A stretch of DNA of 64,000 nt from Gammaproteobacteria bacterium. GTDB taxonomy: Bacteria > Pseudomonadota > Gammaproteobacteria > Steroidobacterales > Rariloculaceae. This document shows, piece by piece, positions 49,779-57,887 of the stretch (position 1 is its first letter; the number at the start of each line of letters is the position of its first letter). The DNA lies in contig JAJDVG010000010.1 in assembly GCA_022826245.1 (NCBI GenBank), forward strand, positions 70,801 to 134,800, in the 5' to 3' direction. Both the position numbers and the translations under genes were made by a program. The notes beneath the pieces were generated by a model that worked only from the letters and a program-made list of their open reading frames with translations, was not told the DNA's origin and did no database searches.

Positions 49779-51828
49779 ATTCCGCCCCCGCCCTGATCCA
49801 CCGGCGCGTCAACGGCTCGACGCTACCGGGGCTGTCCGTCATCAACTCATCGCACAAGCGAATCACCCTCGGCAGCAAGTCCGCGTCGCGGCCGAGATCC
49901 GCGACGCGAAGCTCGAGCACTCCGGTCTGCCGCGTCCCGAGCATCTCGCCCGGCCCCCGGAGCTGCATGTCCTTCTCGGCCACGACGAAACCGTCGTTGG
50001 TCTCGCGCAGCACCGTGAGCCGCTCCCGCGCCATGTCCGACAGCGGCGCCTTGTAGAGCAGCACGCAGTCCGATGCCTCGCTGCCGCGGCCGACGCGGCC
50101 GCGAAGCTGGTGCAACTGCGCAAGGCCGAGACGCTCGGAGTTCTCCACGACCATCAGCGTTGCGTTCGGCACGTCGACGCCGACCTCGATCACGGTCGTC
50201 GCAACCAGGACATGCACCTGCCCCCGCTTGAACTCCCGCATCATGCGTTCCTTGTCGGCGGAATTCAGTCGACCATGAATCAGCCCAACGGACAAGCCCG
50301 GCAGCGCCGCGGTCAGTTCCCTTTCCAGTTCGAGCGCGGCGCTCGAGTCGACGCGATCCGATTCCTCGATCAACGGACACACCCAGTAGGCCTGCCGGCC
50401 CGCGCGGCAGTGCGCCGCGATGCGTTCGACGAGGCGGCCGCGGCGGTGCTCCTGCACGACTGTCGTTCTGACGGGCTTGCGGCCGGGCGGCAATCCGGCG
50501 ATGACTGAGCAGTCGAGATCGGCATAGGCCGTCATCGCGAGCGTGCGCGGGATCGGCGTTGCCGTCATGACGAGCTGATGGGGCGCGACTTCGCCGTGCT
50601 CGCCCTTGCGCTTGAGACTCAGGCGCTGATGGACGCCGAACCTGTGCTGCTCGTCGACGACCGTGAGCGCGAGCCGCCGGAAGCGAACGGCTTCCTGGAA
50701 CAGCGCATGCGTGCCCACGGCGACGGCGGCGTCGCCGCTCGCAATTGCTTCCCGGGCGGCGCCTCGCGCAGCGGCCGGCATCGATCCCGTGAGCAGGACG
50801 ACCTCGATGCCGAGCGGCTCGAGCCATGCTCTGAAGCTCGCGTGGTGCTGTTCGGCGAGCAGTTCCGTCGGCGCCATGACCGCCGCCTGGCAGCCAGAAA
50901 AGGCCGCACGCAACACGGCGAGCGCGGCGACGACGGTCTTGCCCGAGCCGACATCGCCCTGCAGCAGGCGGTACATCGGCGCCGGCCTGTCGAGATCCTT
51001 GCCGATCTCCCGCCAGGCGCTGTTCTGGCCGGCCGTCAGCTTGAACGGCAGGCGCTCCAGAAAGCAGGTGACGGGCTCGACCGCACGATCGAGCGCCACG
51101 GCGCGCTCAAGCCGCCGGTCGGCCGCGGTGCTGCGCAGACTCAGGCGATGCGCGAGTAGCTCCTCGAGCGCGATGCGTCGCTGGCAGGGATGCCGCCCCG
51201 CGAGCAGCATCGCCGTGTCGGCGCCGGCGGGCGGCCGATGCAGGAACTCGATCGCTTCGTTGATCGACGGCCACTCCTCGGGAAGCCGGCCGGTCAGGTA
51301 ATCCACGAGCGGCTCGTCGGCGAGTATCGCCAGCGCCTGCCCGGCGAACGTGCGCAGCCGCTGCTGGTGCAGCCCCTCGGTCGTCGGATACACGGGGGTC
51401 AGCGTTGGCTCGGGCGGCGGCGTGTCGGCATTCAAAGTGCGGTACTCGGGATGGATCATCTCGAGCCCCGTCCGGCCGGCGCGCACTTCGCCGAAGCATC
51501 GGAGCCGCACTCCCCGGCTCAGCGTTTGCTGCTGGCCGCGCGAGAAGTGGAAGAAGCGCAGCGTGATCGCGCCGGTGCCGTCGGTCACGCGGCACAGCAG
51601 CGAGCGGCGCCCGCGGAACACGACTTCGGCCAGTTCGACGTTCGCTTCGATAAGGACCTTTTCTCCCGGACGAAGCCCGCCGAGCGGACGGACTTCGGTG
51701 CGGTCCTCGTAGCGTTGCGGCAGCAGGCAGAGCAGGTCGGCGATGGAATCGACCCCGAGCCGCGCGAGGCATTCGCCGAGCTTCGGGCCAACGCCCTGGA
51801 GGTTGGCGACTGGCCCTCCCAGATTCAC
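49765..51828 (-). CDS. recG: ATP-dependent DNA helicase RecG
   Basis: Track ORF 49765..52656 trimmed to GTG 51828 (GTGA overlap with the ridA stop), giving 687 aa. It has an N-terminal wedge domain, then [15 protein letters not shown] and TATPIPRT. Confidence 0.95.
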   Translation of the reverse strand: MNLGGPVANLQGVGPKLGECLARLGVDSIADLLCLLPQRYEDRTEVRPLGGLRPGEKVLIEANVELAEVVFRGRRSLLCRVTDGTGAITLRFFHFSRGQQQTLSRGVRLRCFGEVRAGRTGLEMIHPEYRTLNADTPPPEPTLTPVYPTTEGLHQQRLRTFAGQALAILADEPLVDYLTGRLPEEWPSINEAIEFLHRPPAGADTAMLLAGRHPCQRRIALEELLAHRLSLRSTAADRRLERAVALDRAVEPVTCFLERLPFKLTAGQNSAWREIGKDLDRPAPMYRLLQGDVGSGKTVVAALAVLRAAFSGCQAAVMAPTELLAEQHHASFRAWLEPLGIEVVLLTGSMPAAARGAAREAIASGDAAVAVGTHALFQEAVRFRRLALTVVDEQHRFGVHQRLSLKRKGEHGEVAPHQLVMTATPIPRTLAMTAYADLDCSVIAGLPPGRKPVRTTVVQEHRRGRLVERIAAHCRAGRQAYWVCPLIEESDRVDSSAALELERELTAALPGLSVGLIHGRLNSADKERMMREFKRGQVHVLVATTVIEVGVDVPNATLMVVENSERLGLAQLHQLRGRVGRGSEASDCVLLYKAPLSDMARERLTVLRETNDGFVVAEKDMQLRGPGEMLGTRQTGVLELRVADLGRDADLLPRVIRLCDELMTDSPGSVEPLTRRWIRAGAEYAKV

Positions 51829-52208
51829 CCGAGTACGAGTATCGCGTCGACCTCGACCGCCGCGTTTCTCGGCAGCGCGGCGACACCGATGGCCGCCCTT
51901 GCGGGGTACGGCTCGCTGAAGTACTCGGCCATGACCTCGTTGACGAGCGGGAAATTCGCCAGATCCGTGAGGTAGACCGTGAGCCTGACGGCGTCGGCCA
52001 GGGCGCCGCCGGCCGCCTCCGCGACCGCGGCGAGGTTGTCGAACACCTGCTTGATCTGCGACTCGACATCGTCGCCCACAAGTTCCATGCTCGCAGGATC
52101 CAGTGGAATCTGGCCCGACAGATATACGACATCGCCGACGCGCACGGCCTGGCTGTAGGTACCGATCGCGGCGGGCGCCTTGTCGGTGTGTATGATTCGC
52201 CTCGTCAC
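51825..52208 (-). CDS. ridA: RidA/YjgF-family reactive intermediate deaminase
   Basis: Track ORF of 127 aa with [19 protein letters not shown] and [12 protein letters not shown]. Confidence 0.9.
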   Translation of the reverse strand: MTRRIIHTDKAPAAIGTYSQAVRVGDVVYLSGQIPLDPASMELVGDDVESQIKQVFDNLAAVAEAAGGALADAVRLTVYLTDLANFPLVNEVMAEYFSEPYPARAAIGVAALPRNAAVEVDAILVLG

Positions 52209-52265
52209 GGATCGCCTCGTCGCTCGACCTTGTGTCCGTCCCGCGGATAACGTCGGATTCGGCGC

Positions 52266-54425
52266 TCAACCGGCCTGGCGCGTCACCCGCACGACGCCCG
52301 GGACATCGCGAAGATTGCGCATGACCTGGTCGAGATGCTTGCGGTCGCGCACCCTGAGCCGGAACACCTGCACGGCGCCGTCGGCCTCCGTATCGACCCT
52401 GACCGCGTCGATGTTGCAGTCCGTTGCGGAGATTTTCGCCGCGATCTCGGCCAGCAGACCCACCCGGTCCATCGTGCGCACGTGGATCTCGCTCAGGAAT
52501 TCGCGCTTGGGGCGCCTCGTCCAGCTTACCGGTATCCACTTCGACGGCTGCTTGCGGTACTCGGCCAGGTTGCGGCAGGACTCGCTGTGGATGACGATGC
52601 CGCGGCCGCTCGACATGAACCCGATGATGTCGTCTCCGGGAACCGGGTAGCAACAACGCCCGTAGTCGACGACGAGTCCTTCGGTGCCCGCCACGCTGAG
52701 CGGCTGGCGGCGCTCCGCCGCGTCCTCGTCGTCGCGCCCGGCTTCCTGGGCGAACATGCCGGCGACGATGGGCGCGATCCGCCGGCCGAGCCCCACTTCC
52801 TCATAGAGCGTATCGAGGTCGCCGACCCCGAGTTCCTCGAGCACGGCGTTGACTCTCTTCTTCCTGAGTCTGCGCAGATTCAGCGACCAGGGCCGCAAGG
52901 CCTGACTCAACAGCAGCTTGCCGAGGTGCCGCGCTTCGTCCTTTTCGAGATTCTTGAGATAGGCCCGGATCGCGTTTCGCGCCTTCGCCGTCACGACGTG
53001 GTTGACCCAGCTCGGCTGGGGACGCGCCGATCTGGAGGTGACGATCTCCACGGTCTCGCCGTTGTTGAGCGTGGTCTTGAGCGGCACGGGCCGGAGGTCG
53101 ATCTTCGCCGCCACGCAACGGTTGCCCACGTCCGTATGCACGGCATAGGCGAAGTCGACGGCCGTCGCGCCGCGCGGCAGCCTGAGAATCTCCCCTTTCG
53201 GCGTGAACACGTAGACCTTGTCGGGGAAGAGATCCACGCGCACCGTCTCGAGAAACTCCTCCGAGTTTGCCGCCTGCTGCAGTTCCATGAGCCCCGACAG
53301 CCATGCGCGAGCGCGCTCCTCGGTGCTGTAGGTCCGCTTGTCGACCGCCTTGTACTGCCAGTTCGCGGCGATGCCGCGTTCGGCGACCTCGTCCATCTCG
53401 TCGGTCCGGATCTGGACCTCGAGCGGGATTCCGGTCGTACCGAACACCGTCGTGTGCAGCGACTGGTAGCCGTTGACGCGCGGAATCGCGATGTAGTCGC
53501 GGAAACGGCCGGGCATGGGCTTGTAGAGCTGGTGGACGACCCCGAGCACGCGGTAGCACAGGTCGATGTCTTCGACGATGACGCGGATGCCGAAGACGTC
53601 GGCGATCTCCGACAGGTGCATGTGCTTGCGCTGCATCTTCTGGTAGATGCTGTAGATATGCTTCTCGCGGGTCGTCACCCGGGCCGCGATGCCCTGATTG
53701 GCGAGCAGCTTCGTCAGGCGCGTCTGCAGTTTGGCGAGGATCTTGCGCTGCTTGCCGCCTGTCTTGTCGAGCGCTCTCCTGAGCACGCGGTAGCGGAACG
53801 GCTGGTAGGTGCTGAAGCCGAGATTCTCGAGCTCCACCTTGAGACTGTAGATGCCGAGCCGATTGGCGATCGGCGCATAGATCTCGAGCGTCTCCTTGGC
53901 GATCCGCCGCTGCTTGTCCTGCGGCAGCGCGTTGATCGTACGCATGTTGTGGGTCCGGTCGGCGAGCTTGACCAGGATCACGCGCAGGTCCTGCACCATC
54001 GCGAGCAGCATCTTGCGGAAGCTCTCCGCCTGCGCTTCCCTGGCGCTGTCGAAGCGCAGCCGATCGAGCTTGCTGACGCCGTCGACGAGCAGGGCGACAT
54101 CCTCGCCGAAGCGCGCCCTGATCTCGTGGACCGTGCCTTCGGTGTCCTCGACGACATCGTGCAGCAACGCGGCCTTGATCGTGCCCGCGTCGAGGTGAAG
54201 TTCCGCAAGGATCTGCGCGACGGCGACCGGATGCGAGATATAGGGATCGCCGCTGCGGCGCCGCTGCCCGTCGTGTACGCCGGAACTGTACTCGTAGGCG
54301 TCTACGACCCCGGGCAGTTCTTCCTCGGGCAGATAGGGTTCAAGCGTTTCGAGCAGCGTCCCGAAGCCGTCACCGCGCCGGACGGCAGGCAGGCGCCGTT
54401 CGCGTATCGCCGTAGCATAGTTCAT
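52266..54425 (-). CDS. spoT: Bifunctional (p)ppGpp synthetase/hydrolase SpoT
   Basis: Track ORF of 719 aa. It has an HD domain (HPVAVAQIL...HDVVEDT), a synthetase domain (YIAIPRVNGYQSLHT), and TGS and ACT regions. It follows rpoZ. Confidence 0.95.
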   Translation of the reverse strand: MNYATAIRERRLPAVRRGDGFGTLLETLEPYLPEEELPGVVDAYEYSSGVHDGQRRRSGDPYISHPVAVAQILAELHLDAGTIKAALLHDVVEDTEGTVHEIRARFGEDVALLVDGVSKLDRLRFDSAREAQAESFRKMLLAMVQDLRVILVKLADRTHNMRTINALPQDKQRRIAKETLEIYAPIANRLGIYSLKVELENLGFSTYQPFRYRVLRRALDKTGGKQRKILAKLQTRLTKLLANQGIAARVTTREKHIYSIYQKMQRKHMHLSEIADVFGIRVIVEDIDLCYRVLGVVHQLYKPMPGRFRDYIAIPRVNGYQSLHTTVFGTTGIPLEVQIRTDEMDEVAERGIAANWQYKAVDKRTYSTEERARAWLSGLMELQQAANSEEFLETVRVDLFPDKVYVFTPKGEILRLPRGATAVDFAYAVHTDVGNRCVAAKIDLRPVPLKTTLNNGETVEIVTSRSARPQPSWVNHVVTAKARNAIRAYLKNLEKDEARHLGKLLLSQALRPWSLNLRRLRKKRVNAVLEELGVGDLDTLYEEVGLGRRIAPIVAGMFAQEAGRDDEDAAERRQPLSVAGTEGLVVDYGRCCYPVPGDDIIGFMSSGRGIVIHSESCRNLAEYRKQPSKWIPVSWTRRPKREFLSEIHVRTMDRVGLLAEIAAKISATDCNIDAVRVDTEADGAVQVFRLRVRDRKHLDQVMRNLRDVPGVVRVTRQAG

Positions 54426-54471
54426 CGAAACGTCTCACCGGACCGCGGGCCCCGTACCGCCCGCACCGCGC

Positions 54472-54765
54472 TCAATCCATGAACGATACCGGCCTCGCGC
54501 CGAGCGGATTGTCCTGCAACGCCCCCGCGGACGCTTCCAGGTCGAGAAGATCGTCGACGGGCTGATCGCGTTCCTCGAGTATGCTCTCGGAAACGTGGCC
54601 TTCGGCGACCTCGCGCAACGCGACGACCGTGGGCTTGTCGTTTTCCCACTCGACCCCGGGCTCGGCGCCGTTGGCAAGCTGGCGGGCACGCTTCGCGGCG
54701 ACGAGCACGAGCTGGAACATGTTCGAGATGTTGTCGGTGCAGTCTTCTACGGTAATCCTGGCCAT
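54472..54765 (-). CDS. rpoZ: DNA-directed RNA polymerase subunit omega
   Basis: Track ORF of 97 aa: [30 protein letters not shown]. Confidence 0.95.
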   Translation of the reverse strand: MARITVEDCTDNISNMFQLVLVAAKRARQLANGAEPGVEWENDKPTVVALREVAEGHVSESILEERDQPVDDLLDLEASAGALQDNPLGARPVSFMD

Positions 54766-54832
54766 CGCGGTCCCTCACAGGGCTTGGCTCCCCAGTTTAC
54801 TGCAAAGTCCGTCCCAAGTCGCCGGTTAGCCT

Positions 54833-54846
54833 TGTCTAATTAGACA
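54833..54846. repeat. Perfect 14-bp palindrome TGTCTAATTAGACA
   Basis: Read directly from the sequence. It sits about 70 nt upstream of the rpoZ start (minus strand) and about 40 nt upstream of the transposase-like remnant (plus strand). Confidence 0.9.
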
Positions 54847-54887
54847 TGAGCCTGTAGTTGGGCGTCTGGGATCATCGGAGGATGATC

Positions 54888-55100
54888 GTGACGTTACAGA
54901 CGCGACGGGTGCGGATCCTGGAACAGGTCCGGGCCTTTGTCGAGGACACAGTTGACGCGCCCGTTCGCCCGCCATCGGAAAACCGGATGCTACGAAAACG
55001 CGAGCGAGCGCGCGGTGAAACTCATCTCGTGTCAACTTCGGCAAACTTTGCCGACAGCGCGACGACAATATCCTTGAATTCCCTTTCCATGAATTTCTGA
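54888..55100 (+). pseudogene. Possible N-terminal remnant of a DDE transposase/integrase-core gene (similarity limited to ~54888-54990)
   Basis: GGAGG lies 6 nt upstream of GTG 54888. The translation (V)TLQTRRVRILEQVRAFVEDTVDAPVRPP recalls the '..T.EQVRAFL.G...V.F..P' N-termini of some IS transposases as I remember them. The rest of the 80-aa track ORF merely overlaps the opposite-strand nuclease gene. Confidence 0.25.
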
Positions 55101-56230
55101 AACCAAGACTCCAAGTCCTCCTTGATTTTTTCTGCCGGCTGTCGATCAAGAGTAGCCGGCTCAACCATGTTCCTGCTGTAAATCGTGGTGTATTTATCGT
55201 AGAGCTTCTTGCCGCAACCCGGAAACAACTTCGGATTGCTTTGAGCAAACTCCCAAATTTCCTTTCGCAAAGTTACATTCTCAGACGGGCCGATAACGAG
55301 GCACATCTTGATACTCGTCCGAACGTTCTTGATCTCAAACAGCAAGCTATGTCCGCTCTTCGTCCATTGATCCGCAGACGTAGCGTTGCAGGCTGGGATT
55401 TCCTTCCATTCAATGGGAAAGAAGTTAACGGCCGACTTCGTTCCACGCACAAGTTCGATCCGCTCGCCCTCTTTCGATACCATCGCCTTGGCAAATTCCG
55501 ATCTTTCCAGCTGATCATCCGGTGTTTGTTCGAATATGAAATCGAGTGCAGTCTTGTGCTTTCGATACACCGCCTTCGCAAGTTCTACAAGATCGTCGTC
55601 CATCACAATGTTTCTCCGTAGCATTCGGGCGTAATGATGCAGAGTCATGGCGACCGCTTCGCCAAGGCTTTCTTCATACTTAGCAACGAGAGATTCGACA
55701 CTCGACAAGATATCCTGGTATCCGACCGGCAGCCAATTTTCGTCAGATGGATCTTCATTTTCCGGAGTCAAGTAGACGAGCACATGGCGAAAGTCGCCAT
55801 AGCGTTTCTCCAGTGTCTCCCGGTAACGCACCAACTGACCCGAGTGCTCACCGGAGTCGACCTTGTTCTCGATCGCCAACAGGAACCGTCGTGTTTCGTC
55901 AATACACAGAACGTCTATATTGTGACGCTCTCGAAGCACGAGGCAATCACTAAAATCCTTCAGCACGATTTCGCCGAGGGACAGTGGTCGAGACTCGGAT
56001 GAAATTGCCTTGACCGCAGTTAGCAGAAACTGAACGAGGAATTCGGCTCCCAGTCCATGTGTTTCCGTAGGGTCAAGCAGAAACGCCAGAAAATCCGAAT
56101 GGCGCTCCTCGGAGCGGGTGTGCCGAATAGCCTCGAAAATGTTGAAGCCGCCAAGGCGCGTTTCGATTTGTCCGATCCCATCCTCATCGAGCAATAAAGA
56201 TTCGATAGCCGATCGAATTTGCTTCGTCAT
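55022..56230 (-). CDS. PD-(D/E)XK nuclease family protein (PDDEXK_4-like)
   Basis: Track ORF 55022..56263 (GTG), with ATG 56230 preferred (GAGAAG 6 nt upstream). The N-terminus reads GGFNIFEAIRHTRSEERHSDFLAFLLDPTETHGLGAEFL. The catalytic pattern is IDVLCID...LAIENKVD (D106, E121, K123; nt 55862-55915). Local G+C is low (sampled lines 45-50%). Confidence 0.75.
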   Translation of the reverse strand: MTKQIRSAIESLLLDEDGIGQIETRLGGFNIFEAIRHTRSEERHSDFLAFLLDPTETHGLGAEFLVQFLLTAVKAISSESRPLSLGEIVLKDFSDCLVLRERHNIDVLCIDETRRFLLAIENKVDSGEHSGQLVRYRETLEKRYGDFRHVLVYLTPENEDPSDENWLPVGYQDILSSVESLVAKYEESLGEAVAMTLHHYARMLRRNIVMDDDLVELAKAVYRKHKTALDFIFEQTPDDQLERSEFAKAMVSKEGERIELVRGTKSAVNFFPIEWKEIPACNATSADQWTKSGHSLLFEIKNVRTSIKMCLVIGPSENVTLRKEIWEFAQSNPKLFPGCGKKLYDKYTTIYSRNMVEPATLDRQPAEKIKEDLESWFQKFMEREFKDIVVALSAKFAEVDTR

Positions 56231-56370
56231 GATTCGCTTCTCGATCAGCCTGTCGGATTGCACGCACTTGGGGACCGGGGCGCATTGGTCAGAGCAATGC
56301 AGTTTCTCGCGTCAAACAACCAGTTCGCCTTGTCGGGACGTTCCTGCGCCAGTAATTTGCCAGCTTCGCG

Positions 56371-56399
56371 ATTATATGGCGTTGACATGAGCACGCCAA
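56371..56399 (-). promoter_or_regulatory. Near-consensus sigma70-type promoter upstream of the nuclease gene
   Basis: The minus strand reads TTGGCG (56399-56394), a 17-nt spacer, then TATAAT (56376-56371). It lies about 140 nt upstream of ATG 56230, just after the stop of the preceding gene. Confidence 0.5.
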
Positions 56400-56408
56400 T
56401 AAGCAAAG

Positions 56409-57212
56409 TCACGCGGCCAGTCGCTTGATTTTTCTCTGCAAGTCCCTGGTTGCTTCCAGCGACGAAACAGCCGTGCCAGCAACATTTGTCAGCCGGGCCA
56501 GATCGAGCCGAGGAATAGCCTGTTGGTCCGCATAAACAATAACCGACTCGAACGCAAGTTCGTGAAGCAGAAAGTGGGACAACATGATGGTTGTCAGACG
56601 GGCCTTGTCACGGCCTGGAACGCCATAAAGAAATACAGGTATGCCGTCACGGCCTTCCAGCCGATAATCAACAGGATAGTTGGTTCCATCAGGAATTTCG
56701 ATTGGTATGTAATCTGCGTCGATATTGTCTTCATCTACCATCGTGAACAGCATGTCTTTCAAATCGTCGTAGAACGTTGAAACCACGCGATCACGACTGA
56801 GAAAAGTCAGGTCGTAGATCTTCGTCAGTGCTTGACCGAGCGCAAAAAGGGCATCGGCAACCTGATGAGGTGATGCGGTGATCGCAAATGCACCATCGCG
56901 TTCTTCGATACCGGTCTCGCGGACGATCTGTTCCCGCAGAGAAGCACGCGGCCCGTCGAAGAACGCGTCAACGTCGTGCTCGTAACTGATGTGCATTAGC
57001 GTATGGCCCCGATCGCTTAGCGTGACACCACCTGATCGGGACTCGGAAAGATAAATAGGATAACGGTCTCCATCCGGAAAGGTAAACGGAGAGTCCAGCA
57101 TGTGCACACCGTCGTCCCGCCTATGAATGCTGACACTTGCACACAGTCGTTCACAAAGCTGCTTTTCCAGCCGCGAATAGTCAATTGCCATCGAAGATAT
57201 CCCTCTGATCAT
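56409..57212 (-). CDS. Hypothetical protein with DUF1828-like N-terminal and DUF1829-like C-terminal halves
   Basis: Track ORF of 267 aa. An alternative ATG 57191 has AGAGGGA 8 nt upstream. The N-terminal half (LDSPFTFPDGDRYPIYLSESRSGGVTLSDRGHTL...) fits my recollection of DUF1828. The C-terminal half (YPVDYRLEGRDGIPVFLYGVPGRDKARL...) fits DUF1829. G+C is low. Confidence 0.55.
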   Translation of the reverse strand: MIRGISSMAIDYSRLEKQLCERLCASVSIHRRDDGVHMLDSPFTFPDGDRYPIYLSESRSGGVTLSDRGHTLMHISYEHDVDAFFDGPRASLREQIVRETGIEERDGAFAITASPHQVADALFALGQALTKIYDLTFLSRDRVVSTFYDDLKDMLFTMVDEDNIDADYIPIEIPDGTNYPVDYRLEGRDGIPVFLYGVPGRDKARLTTIMLSHFLLHELAFESVIVYADQQAIPRLDLARLTNVAGTAVSSLEATRDLQRKIKRLAA

Positions 57213-57648
57213 GCTGGGCGCTTAAGCCCTGCACACCGCAATCATCGACTAAGCACGCCAGCGCGCCTTCCAAAGTCCTGTATCGGTTCGTCTCTTCGGC
57301 ATTGCTGTCAATTCTCCTGCCGGCAGAGATCGCCTGCACCGAAGCTTGATGAATGTGGCAGCGGTAACGAATCTCTCCATGAGCGTGACTGGCGCCATTG
57401 TAACGAACGAGGCTGAGGGGTCTCGAACCGCGTCTTACCAATTGCAGTCCACAGGAAAAATCTGTGTCATCGTTGAGGTTCTGACGAAGGTAGATAAGGT
57501 AGGAAGTACCGTCCGAGGATTCTGCTCTGTAGTTTCGCTGCTTGTGTCGGCCAGGTTTTTCCTTCTACCGAGCGCCGGGATTCCTCACAGTCTTTTCAAC
57601 CGATCGATGATGATCCAGCTCGTCATGCGACAGCAGCAACTCAGTCAT
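57181..57648 (-). pseudogene. Small ORF (~155 codons) interrupted by an in-frame TAG at 57565-57567; family not recognised
   Basis: Track ORFs 57565..57774 and 57181..57441 are in the same frame. My translation reads MTELLLSHDELDHHRSVEKTVRNPGAR*KEKPGRHKQRNYRAESSDGTSYLIYLRQNLNDDTDFSCGLQLVRRGSRPLSLVRYNGASHAHGEIRYRCHIHQAS...AEETNRYRTLEGALACLVDDCGV. Its stop overlaps the next gene's start. Confidence 0.4.
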
Positions 57649-57864
57649 CGTACTTGGGCTTCCTTGTGCACCGTGCTCGCTATACGCACTCGGGGACGAT
57701 GGTCGCCGAGTATACTCACCGCCGACAGTGGTCGCCACGTGATTCAAGCGGCCCCTTTCCGGGCATCGCTGCAACGCTCCGCACGGCTATCCAGGTGCCG
57801 GTCGAACGGCTGCATGTGCCCCTGCGAACGTCCGCCAACCGCAGCCTGCCTTGTTTTGCGGGCG

Positions 57865-57887
57865 TTATCCACAGAATCTGTGTATAA
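57865..57887. promoter_or_regulatory. Inverted pair of DnaA-box-like 9-mers (23-bp near-palindrome)
   Basis: TTATCCACA (57865-57873) is a perfect DnaA-box consensus. TGTGTATAA (57879-57887) is the reverse complement of TTATACACA, which fits TTATNCACA. The arms pair at 10 of 11 positions. A third TCCACAGA copy (as TCTGTGGA) lies at 57889-57896. Confidence 0.4.

Noticed and set aside
54773-54780. CCTCACAG 8-mer present at both sides of the island (also at 57583-57590) as possible att-type direct repeats
   Set aside because: It is too short to distinguish from chance. The right-hand copy lies inside the small ORF rather than at the composition boundary.
54823-54839. 17-nt imperfect match (12/17) between the reverse complement of 54823-54839 and 61228-61244, considered as inverted repeats at the two inversion breakpoints
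   Set aside because: Identity is low and the flanking sequence does not align, so this is consistent with chance.
54858-55100. 80-aa track ORF taken as an intact gene
   Set aside because: Its 3' half merely overlaps the 3' end of the opposite-strand nuclease gene across the composition boundary. Only the first ~35 codons look meaningful, so I treat it as a remnant.
55241-56002. Plus-strand ORFs (126, 122 and 68 aa) inside the nuclease gene region
   Set aside because: They are antisense to a gene with clear PD-(D/E)XK motifs, and their translations have no recognisable features.
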